Shown one piece after another: positions 37,337 to 50,439 of a stretch of 64,000 bases of DNA; within the stretch, counting starts at the first letter, position 1, and every line of letters begins with the position of its first letter. The stretch is from Cenococcum geophilum (lineage: Eukaryota): positions 5,146,001 through 5,210,000 of the forward strand of contig CP158635.1 in NCBI GenBank assembly GCA_050273025.1, written 5' to 3'. The translations under genes and the position numbers were made by a program. The notes below the pieces were generated by a model. That model did not search any database, was not told where the DNA came from, and worked only from the letters and a program-made list of their open reading frames with translations.

Positions 37337-39109
37337 TAGAGTTTAAATATAATTATATAATATCTGCCAAGAGAGTAATAAAAATCGGGTATTTGTATTA
37401 CCTTAATTATATATCTAGAAATATTATTATTAATAAGATTAAACAATAGAAAGAGACTTGGAAATTAATTAACTTAATAAAGGGCCCTTATATTATAATT
37501 TAAATCCTAAAAAAATTCTACGGAAATGCCCAATCTACGTATATATTAAGACGAAGTTATCTAAGCAGGACTTATAGAATATATTGACGTAGCTTAGTGT
37601 ATAGTTTAGAGCTAATTTCACGCGGCTAACCGAGCTAGCTGTTAAGTCAGATGCTAGGCCAGTTACAGCGATACCGCCCTTACTTAGTATTATTATTTAA
37701 GGACATAAGTAGTATTTGCACTTGTGGTTGAAAGTTAGGGACGAAGTTGTAAGTCGTTACACCTCTTTGCTTCTTTATATTTAGTTTCCCTTAAATACAC
37801 ATTATAACAGCTATATATAAACTGTTCTATTTTAGAGAACGTATAACTAAGCGCCAACGTAGAGACTTTTAAGCGTCGCCTAAAGTAGGTAAACTACCTT
37901 ACTTGTACGATTAAACCTAGCGCTTAGCTAAATTATCCTTACATAAATCACCACTTCTAGTTAAAATGCCCCCTCTTTCTAAATATAAATTTTCATAAAC
38001 AGTTTAGCGCTGTGCAACTTTTATTAAGTATTTTAGCATAATTCTATATCGATATTGTTACCAGCGCCTTAAGAATTGCAAGCGGGAACTTCTTATATTC
38101 TATTACCTAGAGATAAATAGCGATTAAAAGAAAATGCGACGCTTAATAAACTTCTAGAAAATAATACAAGCTAGAAAGTTATCTTAAAAAATATACTAGG
38201 GAGAAGCAAACGAAGCTATATTAAATATTATTACTTTTAATTACAGAAAGTCCGGGACAATTTAAAAACAGCTAAGGTTATAAGGCTATATAATACGTAT
38301 TTTAGTACTACGCTAAAACTATATAAGTACTTATAATGTTTATTAAACGTAAAGCCTAAATGTAGGAGCCCATTGCTAAAGAACTAGCGCTTCCTTAGCC
38401 TACGGTAGAGGCTATATACTAGCAACTCCAAAGAGAAGGACCTACTATACTTAGGAATACTAAGAGGAAAGGGTAAAGAAAGTCGCGTAATCTAAAAGCC
38501 TCTTAAAAGGAACTAAAATCCCTTCCTTAAATACTATTAGGGTTATACAGCGGCGATAAATACCGCACTATAGATGACCTAGTTAACAACTCTTAAGGAG
38601 CGTGACCCTAAGGGATTGGATTAGTAGGCACTGCTAGGTAAAGAATACGAGTACTATACTGGATTCTAATCTCTCTAGAAATACAACTTGGAAAAAATAT
38701 TGCTAGATAGCATATTATATAAGAGTAGGGTATAGTAGAGCCAGTAATCTTTTTAGACTGGAGTAAAGTAGATTTAAGTGGAGCTGCGGTGGCACTAGGA
38801 TATAGATAAGGGGCTCTAGGCGATATAAAAGTTAGATAGCATAATAAAAGAGCTATATTTTATTTTAATAGCAATAAGAACGCTAGGGAAATACAATAGA
38901 ATATTAAGGAGGAATTGTTAAGAGTAGGGACTCACTAAGAGTAGGGACTCGCCGAGAGTAGGGACTTGCCGAGCTATATCTAATAAAGTTTAATTAGTAT
39001 CATGTTCCTAAGTCGTTTCTTATAATGCTGGTAAAGGAATATAGTGCTAGGGAAGTACAGGCTAATTAAAAGCCAAGAAGCTAAGGACAAAAACAAATCC
39101 TAGCGCTCC

Positions 39110-39415
39110 ATTCCCCCAGGGAATTATTCCCCTAGGGGATTTATTCTATAGGGCTTTATTCCCATAGGGCTTTATTCCCGTAGGGCTTCATTCCCATAAG
39201 GCTTTATTCCCGTAGGGCTTCATTCCCATAGGGCTTTATTCCCATAGGGCTTCATTCCCATAGGGCTTTATTCCCCTAGGGCTTTATTCCCCTAGGGGAT
39301 CCATCCCATAGGGCTTTATTCCCGTAGGGCTTTATTTCCCTAGGGGATCTATCCCATAGGGCTTTATTTCCATAGGGCTTTATTCCCCTAAGGCTTCTTC
39401 CCCCTAGGGCTTTAT
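39110..39415. repeat. 16-bp minisatellite CCCATAGGGCTTTATT
   Basis: Regular tandem units with a quasi-palindromic CCC..GGG core. Confidence 0.95.
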
Positions 39416-40441
39416 ATCTATTTCTGGCTTACTTCTATTTTCGGCTTAATTCCTTAACTACTTAACTGGGTATATATGCAAGGGCCCCCTAGGGCTCTTA
39501 TCCCCTAGAATAATGCACACTATAGTTAAAAACAATATCTACTTATTCCGATCTTTTCCTATTTAATATCTTTATAATAAGATAGTATATATTTGTTGTA
39601 TTAACGCTACCGGTTATTTTAACTAATAGTTTTTTAATTAACTTAGTATTAGCCTAGTTAATAAAAGGATAAATCTTCTAAAGTTAAGCTAGGCGAGTCT
39701 AGATAAGAACCCGTACCAGACGTCTTAAAATATTAGTTAAAGGCGAAGCCATAGAGGGTTAATCGGGTGAAGGTTAATGGTATAATAATACACACTAGAT
39801 GATTTCAAGCGTAAGGTTATCTAAAACTCCTTAGAATTTCTTCGGTTACGTATATATTAGTATAAAACATTTACCAATACCTCCCCTTCCTACACTAAGC
39901 GATTTACTTTTTAGTTGACCTTTACTAAAATCTAATAGCCGTATAAATCTAATAGCCGCGTAATCCTAATAGCCCGTATCACCTACGCTGCTAGGCTCGC
40001 TAGCTTATAACTAGGTTAGCACGAGCAGCAATATAAACACTCTAGTGTTTGCCGCTTATACTAATCACTAAATTGCAATAATGCTTAGGGTATTCTTTGT
40101 CAGCGCTATCCCTTAACCCACTGGCGTCCTACGTTATTAATAAGATAATAGTCCGTATATATAGAATACCAAAAGTTCGTTAATTTAGGACTCCTTATTA
40201 GCTAAAGTCTTATTAATAACGTAGTGCCTAAATTAGCGGGTTAAGGGATACGGCTTACAGATTTTCTATCCCACCCTCTTGCTAAAGCGCTTTAAACTAC
40301 AACTACTCCGATAAAATTAGAATGCAGAGCATCCATAATCTATAGCTTTAGGTAGTAATTCTCCTTATATTATATAATACACCTTCCAACCCTTTATTAT
40401 ACTATATTTACGCGTTCCTATAAGCGCCAAAAACGGGTTTA

Positions 40442-40615
40442 CGTATGTATATATATATATATATATATTCTATTATAGCTATATACTATCTAAGTATAGG
40501 CCATTATAGAGCGCTAGCTAAATACTTCCTACCACTAATATGCTTGCTCTAGTTTAGAAGCCAACTATAAGAGCAATATATCTATTGCTTAACACCATAC
40601 TTAACCAAGGAAATA
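40442..40615 (-). mobile_element. Short 3' fragment of the LINE in reverse orientation
   Basis: Reverse complement of the LINE 3' UTR (34825-34992), including the (TA)n/CATA tail. Confidence 0.85.
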
Positions 40616-40643
40616 ACGCCATCTCGACTTGTTTTTGTAGCGT

Positions 40644-40974
40644 TTCCTAGACATTAGCGTAGTTAAAGCTGCGATTTACTTTGCGAAGAAGATAGGACGT
40701 TTATACCCAAGTAAATAAGATACAGTAAGCGTATAAGCTAATCTCAATAAGCGAATACTCCTAAGGATCCCCTTCTACCTATACCTCCTAACCAATTACA
40801 CTGCGAGCCTCCTAGTGCGTCGCGTTAAGTAATAGACACGTAGCTTGCATAGTTGGCTTCTAAACTAGAGCTAGTACTCTAATAGTAGGATATATTTAGC
40901 TGGCTTTTAGTAACGGCCTATACCCTAGGGGTGCATAGCTATAATAGAATATATATATATATATACATACATAC
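40644..40974 (+). mobile_element. Complete ~330-bp non-autonomous LINE-tail derivative (SINE-like) with 13-bp TSD
   Basis: Matches the LINE from 34512 onward with an internal deletion and ends ...atatacatacatac. Flanked by gtttttgtagcgt (40631-40643) and gtttttatagcgt (40975-40987). Confidence 0.88.
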
Positions 40975-41099
40975 GTTTTTATAGCGTACACTCAGACATA
41001 TTTAAAAGTTTTAAAAAGGACACGTTACTAATAGCAAGGCTAGTTTAGGTACCCGTAATACACCCAATACTTAATTAAATTTTAGTTTAGCGGACCATA

Positions 41100-41335
41100 A
41101 ACCCTACCTACGATATTGATAAGTACCTATAAGTAGGAGTACCTATAATTACGGGGAGCACCCTTAATAGAAGGGAGTACCCACAATGGGGAGTACTTAT
41201 AACAATGAGGAGTACCTACGATAATGAGGAGTACCTACGACAATAAAGAGTACCCGCGATAAAGGGGAGTGCCTATAAGTGGGAGTGCCTACGTTAACGG
41301 GAGGCACCTATAATGTTAGGGAGTACCTACGATGG
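41100..41335. repeat. ~19-bp degenerate minisatellite (GGGAGTACCTACGATAAT-like)
   Basis: Recurrent ggagtacc core. Confidence 0.75.
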
Positions 41336-42499
41336 TATAATATGCCTTTAGCTGGTTTTCAGTGGCCGTTTCTAGAGTTAGCTGGCTGTTAGCGGGTTTT
41401 GCGTGCGGGTTTATAAGAAAGCATACTATTTAGTTAGTATTTACACCGCTTTATTTTTATAAATTAGAAAATAGATACTTTAATTATAATATAACTCTTA
41501 GCTAAGTTATAGTAATTACTAGAGATCTCCGCAAAAGTCTTTACTATAGTTAATTTAGGGCCATCCCAAGGAAGAAACATCCCTTAGGATGCCCCACCTA
41601 AACCTATATTATACTAGTTTAGTCTTAGCAAATCCAATGATCATTTTCTTTAGTTATATATATATTGGTACAAATTATTTATCAATACCTTATAATGGCC
41701 CGCATAAATCTAATGGCCCATATTATCCACTAATAGCCTATAACTAGACTAGCGCAAGCAGCAACGTAAATACTCTAGTATTTGCCGCTTATGCTAAATA
41801 TTAGATTGTAATATAGTGTGTTTTTCTAAGTGCTATTAGATCGTGATTATACCGCTCCTAACCTTGCCTTAGATACAATCTTAATTTAGAGTGGATTATT
41901 TTCGGTCTTATCGTTATTAAAGCCTATTTTAAACTTAGTAGTTAATACTAATATTTAGGTCCTATTTTTAGCACCCTAGAAGTTTCGCCTATAAAAGTTA
42001 GACTAGTATAAAAGGTAGACTGGTATATAAGATTGCTAAATAGGACTAGTATATAGAGCGGACTAGTATTACCTAGCTAGAGCTCTAGGACTAGTATAAA
42101 TAATAGACTAATATACTACTATATATAGATTAGACTAGTGCGGAGAGTCTACTAGTATAGGTAGGCAAGGATAAGGAACTAGTATATAAGGCCTATTACT
42201 ACGTACCGGTCCACTAATTAGGCCATTCCACTTTTTCCCTATATATATATTAATACATCTTATATACTAGTCTATCTTCCTTATACACCCCTATACTGGT
42301 CTAATAATACTATAAGTACCCGCTCTAACGTTACGCGTAGCTTATACCGTCTAATTACTTATCTAATTATTTCCGGAACTTAAATAGGGGAAAATTATAC
42401 CCGTTCCAATTAGCATACGCCTAACGTAATAGCGAGCCAAAGCAGACTGATCCGAAGCGTAGCGCCCTCTAAAAGTGCAGCTAGGATCTTAACGGCTTT

Positions 42500-43625
42500 A
42501 GTAGTTGCGGCTTCAGTCCTATAAGCTAAGAGGTTATAGGAGCTGGGGGTTCCTACGAGCTAGGTAATTATATAAGTAGGGTAATCTAACCTAGTGCCCT
42601 CTAATTAACGCCTAGCGTGCAAATAGGGTATTAATAGGTTTAATAACTTCATAGCTTTAATCCTGCGAGCTAGGCGATTCTACAAGCTGGGTAATTGTGC
42701 GAGCTGGGTAATCGTGCGAGCTAGGTAATTATACGAGCTAAATAATCGTACGAGTTGGATGCTTATAGGAGCTGGCTAATCCTATAAGCTAGGTAATCGT
42801 GCGAGCTAGGTAATTATGCGAGCTAGGTAATTATGCGAGCTAAATACTCGTGGGAGCTGGCTGATCCTATAAGCTAGGTAATTGTGCAAGCTAGGTAATT
42901 ATGCGAGCTAGGTAATCATGCGAGCATAATGCTCATGGGAGCTAGGTAATTATGCAAGCTAGGTGATCGTACGAGCTAGGTAATCGTGCGAGCATAGTGA
43001 TTGTGCGAGTATGGTGCTTGTGGGAGCTAGGTAATCATACAAGCTAGGTAATTATACGAGCTAGGTAATCGTACGAGCTAGGTAATCGTACGAGCTAGGT
43101 AATTGTGCGAGCTAGGTAATTATATAAGCTAGGTAATCGTATAAGCTAGGTAATTGTACAAGCTAGGTAATCGTGCGAGTAGGGTAATTATATAAGTAGG
43201 GTAATCTAACCTAGCGCCCTCTATTAACGCCTAGCGTGTAAATAGGATATTAATAGGTTTAACAACTTTATAGCTTTAATCCTGCGAGCTAGTCAATCCT
43301 ATAAGCTAGGTAATTACGCAAGCTCGGCGATTATATAAGCTAGGTAATAGTAGGGGTCTAAGTATAAGTCTGTCCTGCTACCTTTATAAAGTTAAAAATA
43401 ACCACTAGTAAATTATGCGAGCTAGGTAATCCTACGAGCTAGTTAAAAGCTATAAAAAGATTTAATACTAGCTAATTCTTATAGGATTTCTAGGCTTATA
43501 TAATTACCTAGCTTACAGCATTAAAGCCGCATAGTCTATGCAGAATGCTTATTTATACTAGTGCGTAATTAATATTGCAGCTCTAGTTATGCGGGCTAGG
43601 TAATTATACAAGCTAGGTTAGAGGT
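42500..43625. repeat. 17-bp minisatellite CGAGCTAGGTAATCGTG with a duplicated ~110-bp insert
   Basis: Dozens of units. The insert gtagggtaatctaacctag...tagctttaatcctgcgagcta occurs at ~42575-42672 and ~43195-43292. Confidence 0.95.
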
Positions 43626-44439
43626 ATATCTATTTATGCCTAGTATAAAATTGATAGGAAGCAAATGTTATAAAAATACTAAAACTAAAAACTAAAGGAA
43701 TATACAAGGCCAGATCTAAAAACATTGAAGAAGTTCCTATATAAAGACCCCTATAAACTTTACAATAACTCAAAGCCCCTTTATATACATATATATATAT
43801 ATATACACGTAAACAGCCCTATAAGCGTAGCTATAAGTCTAAGCCCCCTCGCATAACCTAACTACCCCTCCCTACTATACCCAAATAGTTAAACAACCGC
43901 TATATATAATAAGTAGAGAAATAATTTAAACAAAAAGAAAACACTATAAAATAATATATTTATATCCTTAAGGTATAAATCTATAAGTACTATAGTCTTA
44001 AACACAACTAATAGTTACTAATGTAGTATGCGTTCTAGGTCTATAAGAAATTTAAAAAATCCTAAGTCGTTAGCATAGACTTACCTTCTATTATCGCTTT
44101 TAAGGTAGTAAATAAATTTATCTAAGGGAAGGTATAGGTCGTTATAAATACTTTATAGCTTACTATAAGTTAAGCGGGCAGAGACTCTAGTAGGAATGGT
44201 AAAATATTATTTTGTTTCGCGATAGGCTAAACGAAGAGAGGCCAAAGTTTTAACCCTTTTACTAGCTTTTATTAGAACTCTTCTTTATATTTATATCCTA
44301 TACTTACAGATTTAAGACTATAAAGTTAAGGACACCGTATTTAATCGTCGCCTATATAGCCTTATCGCTTAATATCTCTTCATTGCTGTCTGCCCCTATT
44401 TCTTAATCTTTAGTACTAAAACGATTTTCTCCGCCATAT

Positions 44440-46427
44440 AATATCTCTGCGTCCCATTCTTAATCCTTATTACTAAAGTCACTTTCCTAACCAGTTAACG
44501 CCACTACGTTACCGTCGCCATCTCTGAAGTCGGTTTCTCTATCTATAAACGCCTACTTACTAACTAATAATTTAGGGACGCTGCGCTTGTAGGTACTTAG
44601 GTTAGGGGATACCACTTAAGGAGAAATTGTGGTCGATGTTGTTAGGATATAAAACAAGCCTATAGACCTCTAAGTACCGGCTGCTTAGCGCCTTAAATAT
44701 AAGTCCTCCCTTAGCGCAAGGCAGATTAGTAGGAGTTATTATACCGCCTATATAAGGCGGAGCACTTATAAAGGGCTTAGCTAAAATACTAATTAAACCT
44801 CCTGGTAGCGCACTAATAGCTCCTTTACTATAGATAGGGAGTTAATATACGAGATTGACTGGCTGGGATATATCTACTGCTTAAGTAGTATCTTGCCCCG
44901 TAAAGGATGGGCGTTAAAAGTAGATTATATAATGCTATTCCTGCTAAGGGAGGCGTTATTAGGGGGTCATTGTTGCCTTCCGGTTTTAGTTCACAACTTT
45001 ATACAAATTTCTCTAAACCCTACTAAGGCACGCGGCGTCTATTAGGGATTGTCAGCCATTTATATCTAGTAATAGCTTAGCTAATAGCTACTTCCCAATA
45101 ATACCTCACTTATAGATTACTCTAGGCGCCTATAGTCTTAGGCGCAGACAATATATAAGCTAAGAGTAATTATAGCTACTAAATATTGTATTATAGACAC
45201 CATATAAAGTAGAAAAGGACGGCTAGTATACTCCGCCTTTCCCTTCTACCTTCTATCCTAACTCCGCCCTAAAAGAGAAATAGAATATAAACGTTGTGCT
45301 CCTAGTTCTTATATGCCATTAAATCGACTTACCTTTAAATCTAACCTCTTAACCATATATCCCTTACTATCTTTATAAGAATACTAGACATTATATATAT
45401 TACCTTAACTAAGTTTAATACGTTACTAATATAACCTATAGGTCCTCAATTAGTGCTTATAAAAACATCACGATATACTATCGCCCTAAAGATAATATAC
45501 CTATTTATTAACTTACTAGGAACCTTAAATTATCTTAGAATTACATTAATAATAAAGACACGGCATCTACTAATAGGGAGAAGAAATAATTGTAGCTTTC
45601 TAACCCCATATAGAAACAGATGCCTTATACGCCTACTTAAACACCTAATAAGGTTAATTCTTACGAAAATGACGATAATATAAAGGGCGATATATAAGAG
45701 GACACAGAAATGTACCCCAATTACCTTAAGGGACTAGAAGGCCACGGTAAAGCAAAGGTAAGCTTATATAAGCCAATAGAGGGCAATAGCGAGACTAAGA
45801 CAAACTCGCCTTAACTAAAAGAGAACTATATTAAAGGTTCATCCCAGCCAACGGATATAGTCGTAGGTCCTAAACATATATCGCTAGTACCTCTAGGTAT
45901 GATTATAAAACACCTATATATTGTTTAGCAATACTAACAATTAAGCAGAGAATAGTTTGGCTAATCCTATAAACTTCCTTAAAGATATATCTCCCCCGAC
46001 TAAAGTGTTAACAATTTCCAATACTACAATTTTAGACGGATAACTAAAGTATCTCTTATCGTAGTTGCCAACTTACTATATAATAGCGGACTTAAAGCGT
46101 CTCTAAAACCCTGGATATAGATATATTATATCCACATTTAGTCCTATCGCAGTAGTATACTAGTATCCTACCTGGGTTTCACCCGCGGGTATACCATATA
46201 AGAGACTTATATCATACTATACTAAGAATCCACGTCACCTTTATCGTTATACTAGGATATATAAACCGCTTAAAGATGTTATAATAGAGATAGTTCGGAG
46301 TAGTAAGTAAAGAAACCCACCAGGAGAGGCACTAGACCACCAATTAGAAGATCCATTAAAAGGAGGGACACGTAAGAGAAAGGCGGATTATACCGTAGAT
46401 AGAGCCTTTAAGAAGCTAAGGAAATAA
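44440..46427 (+). pseudogene. RIPped hypothetical gene
   Basis: Long protein-like frames ending ...GGTRKRKADYTVDRAFKKLRK*, with a probable intron near 45897-45950. Contains VVY*YPTWVS. No family recognised. Confidence 0.4.
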
Positions 46428-47115
46428 GAAATTTCTTATAAGAAAGGATTTTCGCAATCACGTTCTTGTTTTCTGGCGTTAAGAGTTAAGGCGTCAATTA
46501 GGATTTCATTGGCTCGGTATTGTTTTTCTATTAGTTACTTCTATGTTAAGAGTATCTCATTATCGTTTACATATACGTTAGATTGAAGGGATGTCTTAGA
46601 ATTAACCTTCGTTAGCCCATCCTCTTTAACTTTAGGAATGCTGAGAATAAATATAGGATATCTCTCTTAATATTGGCCTAAGTTATAACTCTGAAAACGG
46701 GATCTTGTTCTAAGAACTGGATCCGATTCTAAAGACTATATCCTAATTCTAGAGACCGTATCCCAATTCTGAGCTAAACGTACCAAACGTGACTAAAAAG
46801 GTATAGCGTTAGGCTAAGCGGTTCAATAGTCTTAGAAGAGAGGAGCTATTTTTAGTTCTAGCTTAAGTTACAATTCTAGGAACGGAATCTAATTCTAAAA
46901 CTAAGATCCTAATTTAGGTTCACGAAGCAGACCAATTAACTACTACAAAAAGGGCGCGATTTTAAAAAAGGATCCGGTTCTAGGAACTAGATCCTAGTTT
47001 ATAGAAAATAGGTCGATTAAGTACTATAAAATGCTATATTTAGCATATTAGGTTTAGCTCGTTTTAAGACTAGCTATATAATTAATCGTAGGCGCTTATA
47101 CAACCAACCTAATAA

Positions 47116-47265
47116 TATAAGGGGGTGATATAAGCGGGCTGCCGGCCCTCCCTACAAGTTTTGGTGGCATTATAGTAGCGTCCCACTAAAATACTACTAA
47201 TATAGTTATAATGCCACCAAAACTTATAGGGAGGGCCGGCAGCCCGCTTATATCACCCCCTTATA
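47116..47265. repeat. Near-perfect hairpin: 59-bp arms (47116-47174, 47207-47265), 32-bp loop, each arm carrying the dispersed GC-rich motif
   Basis: tataagggggtgatataagcgggctgccggccctccctacaagttttggtggcattata and its reverse complement, with one transition mismatch. Confidence 0.95.
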
Positions 47266-47814
47266 ATTAACCCGCTATCGCTAGCTATACCTTACCTAGC
47301 GCCCTTTTAGCATCGCTATATTAGAGCCTCACTCTATTTAGGCCTTATACGTCGCGGAATAAACTAAAGCTAATAACTACGATTAGTTATAGACTAATAA
47401 ATGCTGCCTATAACTTTCTAATAATGCCGGAACCCTATATACGCACTACATTTTTAACCTACACAACTAGGACTGCAAACGATGTTCCTGCACTTTGGGT
47501 CATTGTGGCTTAGCATTTAACTAAGCCCCGTAAAGCCCTAGTCTAAGCTACGTTAGATTGGCTTGACTTTTCCACGCCCAATCTTTAGTCCTCCTTGCAT
47601 TCCGCTTACACCTTACTTTATTCCTCACACTTTTTTCCTCATTATTTCCTCATTGCAAGACGCGCTTAACGTGTCCTCAGCCTCCCTACACTTATTTACT
47701 TCTCTACTATTATACCCTCCATTATATACTAGCCCCTTTAATATCCCCCCCTCGCCTACCTACTCGCCTGCTAAGTCGGCCCTCCCGACATAGCTCTTAG
47801 CGCGTTTGCTTATA

Positions 47815-50196
47815 ATAGCGAGTCTCTCTAAATTAGAGATAATTAAAACAAAACCTATCGGAGAAGGACTAAATAACTTTCGCGATTTATTTAAGTTGAC
47901 TTATTAGGATCTAGACATCTCTAGCTCTTTAAACTTGTTGCACTAAATAGGCGATAAAGGTAATTGTTAATTAGTCTATTATAGGTCCCGTCTAACACAC
48001 ATAGGGCTTAAGAATCTCGTTATTAACCTTATCCTAGCATTATAAAACCTTCCCACTACTTAACTACTCCTATCTAGTACTAGCCGCGGCACTCTTCATA
48101 GTGACCTTCTCTAACTTCTCCCTTTGGTTAATTCCGATAACTTTAATATTAAACGGTTTACCCCTCTCCTAAAAATAGTTCTTAATTACGAATTAGATAA
48201 GGACGTTTAGGGCAATACTATCGCCACTATAATAAAGTCCACGCCTCCTCCCCAACCGCTGCCATTCTATATTTAAACCCTATATTAATATAATATAAGC
48301 AGCTTCGCTAACTCGTCTAAATATAGGAAATACGTGGATAATATTCTAAAGGAGGAGCTAGGCCCTCTTTACGTGGGGATTCCTGGCTTATATAAAGCAT
48401 TCTTTAGGGAAGTAGAAAGTCTTAAAGAAGCAAGCGCCGCCGTTTTTAAGAAATGTAAGAAAGGGGACAATCCACTATACGCTAAGGGCGGCTGGCGTAA
48501 CTGGCCTAAAGGCGCAAAAGAACGTAGAGTCCTAAAGTGGTTTAATAAGCTAATTATATTATTTCTAAATTTTATAAAGGAGCACGGGTTCGTTCCAAAG
48601 GCACGATAAAGACTAGTAGAGTATACTTAGCAGCCCTTATAAGGATCTACGGCCGACTAAAAGCTAGATATTGGCTTTATAGATAATCTAATAGCTAGCG
48701 AAAGCTCCTAATGCCATTGGTTGCATATACTTATACTAAAAGAGCTAAAGAGTAATTTAAATACTAATATAGCCTTAAAAGTATGGTTTAATTTAGGGAA
48801 ATATATAAGGGAAGTATTCGCTACTTAAGACAGTCGTCGCTTTATCCTAGGCTTTACCCTCTATAAATCTATTATATGGCTATAGGAGTATAACCAGGTA
48901 GAAGGCATCGCATTATCACTATTTAATATTAATAAAGACGGACTATAATTTACCTCGGCGATATTAGGATTTCTCTAGATAAATAAGAAGCAGCTTAGGT
49001 TTAACCCTACTATTCTAATATCAGACGACGGCAAACGGTATATCAAAATTATACGTAATAACCAGACTAAGCGTCTTATCCTTAACGAACTTATAAAGCG
49101 GGCACGCTATATCACTAGTTAAGCGACTACTTACTAGAAAGTATACCGTAAGGGGACACCTAAGATACCCCTTATTATTAAAGACTTATAGTAGTACCCA
49201 GAGCGCAAGAAAGAAGGTAAACTACTATATAAGATATTAGAGAAGGGAGTAGTTAACGTGGCCAGGTACTATCACTATAAGACTATTCACGTAAGTGGAT
49301 AAAATAATAACATCTTTAATATTCGTAAGGGGCTGGATATTATAAAAGCGACAAACTATAAGCTAGAAGGTTTAATAATGCCTTTAAGACTAGCTAGAGT
49401 GTAAGGAAGTATAAAAAAAGGTCAAAGTTCTAGTAGAAAGAGGTCTTCTAGCTATAGCGCCCCATTACCGCCTAGTAAACGCCCGTGTTTAACCTCTTTA
49501 ACTAAGCGCCTTATTATATAGAATTGCATATACTAATATGTTATTACTAGTAACTATAAAAAGCCTCTTTATAAGGCAAGCTCTTAGGCTGCAATACTTA
49601 CTATACTAAAGGGTAGCATTAAAGAATATAAGTCTTTATATACGCAGGCCAGTATTATCTAATATAATATTTTAATAGGCAACCTTATAATAAATAAGGA
49701 AGATAATAATCCTTCTTAATCGGCATTCTTAATTGACTTTAATCTCGCGATTAAAGAGAAGTAAGAAGGACCTTTAGGAGCACGGGGTAAGACTAGTATA
49801 AGAGTATTTATGGCTATAGGAGTGCTTCTAGGCGAGAAACACTCCTTTAGGCATAATCTAGAATTGTTCTTCTAAGTGCTTTTCTGGATATATATACATT
49901 ATAATAGGTTAGGTAAAGATATTAGTCCAACTAAGTTTAAGTATTAGAACTATAAGAATACTATAAAGCTAGCTAAGTTAAAATTAGGGCTAGTAAGTAG
50001 AGAAGGCCATTTTCTTAACCGTATAGCTAAGGCATTTATACCTTACTACTAACCGCTAAAGCCGTGGGTTAATAGGCTGTAGAAGGTAGTTTTCCCAATA
50101 GACGGGAAGTAGGAGAAGGAAGATAGAGCGCTTTATTCCTAAATAAAAGAGATTCTTTAATAAGTATAGAAGGATCTAAAGGTATTAGCAGAGTAG
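47815..50196 (+). pseudogene. RIPped fungal-type protein kinase (FunK1, Pkinase_fungal)
   Basis: VDNILKEELGPLYVGIPG, GSTAD*KLDIGF, W..ILILKELKSN, RRFILGFTL, LIIKDL**YPERKKEGKLL, FLIDFNLAI, GKTSIRVFMAIGVL.GEKHSFRHNLELFF*VLFWI. Confidence 0.9.
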
Positions 50197-50439
50197 ATAG
50201 AATAACATTTTATTACCCTATACTCTTTTACCGCACAAGTTAAAGGTTTGCAGAGATTTGGGCGGCTAAGGCTAGATAGTAGCCTTAGTTAAAACGCATA
50301 TAAAATAGCATAGGGTCCCTATACCCCACTATCCTATATAGGCTTTATATTTCCACAAAACATATAATCTACTCCTTAGCCTATTAGAAGCCGCCTTATG
50401 CCGCCTAAATAGAGGCCGTAGAAGAATTAATTCCTTCCT

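Noticed and set aside
43783..43815. (TA)n tract resembling another LINE tail
   Set aside because: The upstream sequence does not match the LINE 3' UTR and the 13-bp target is absent.
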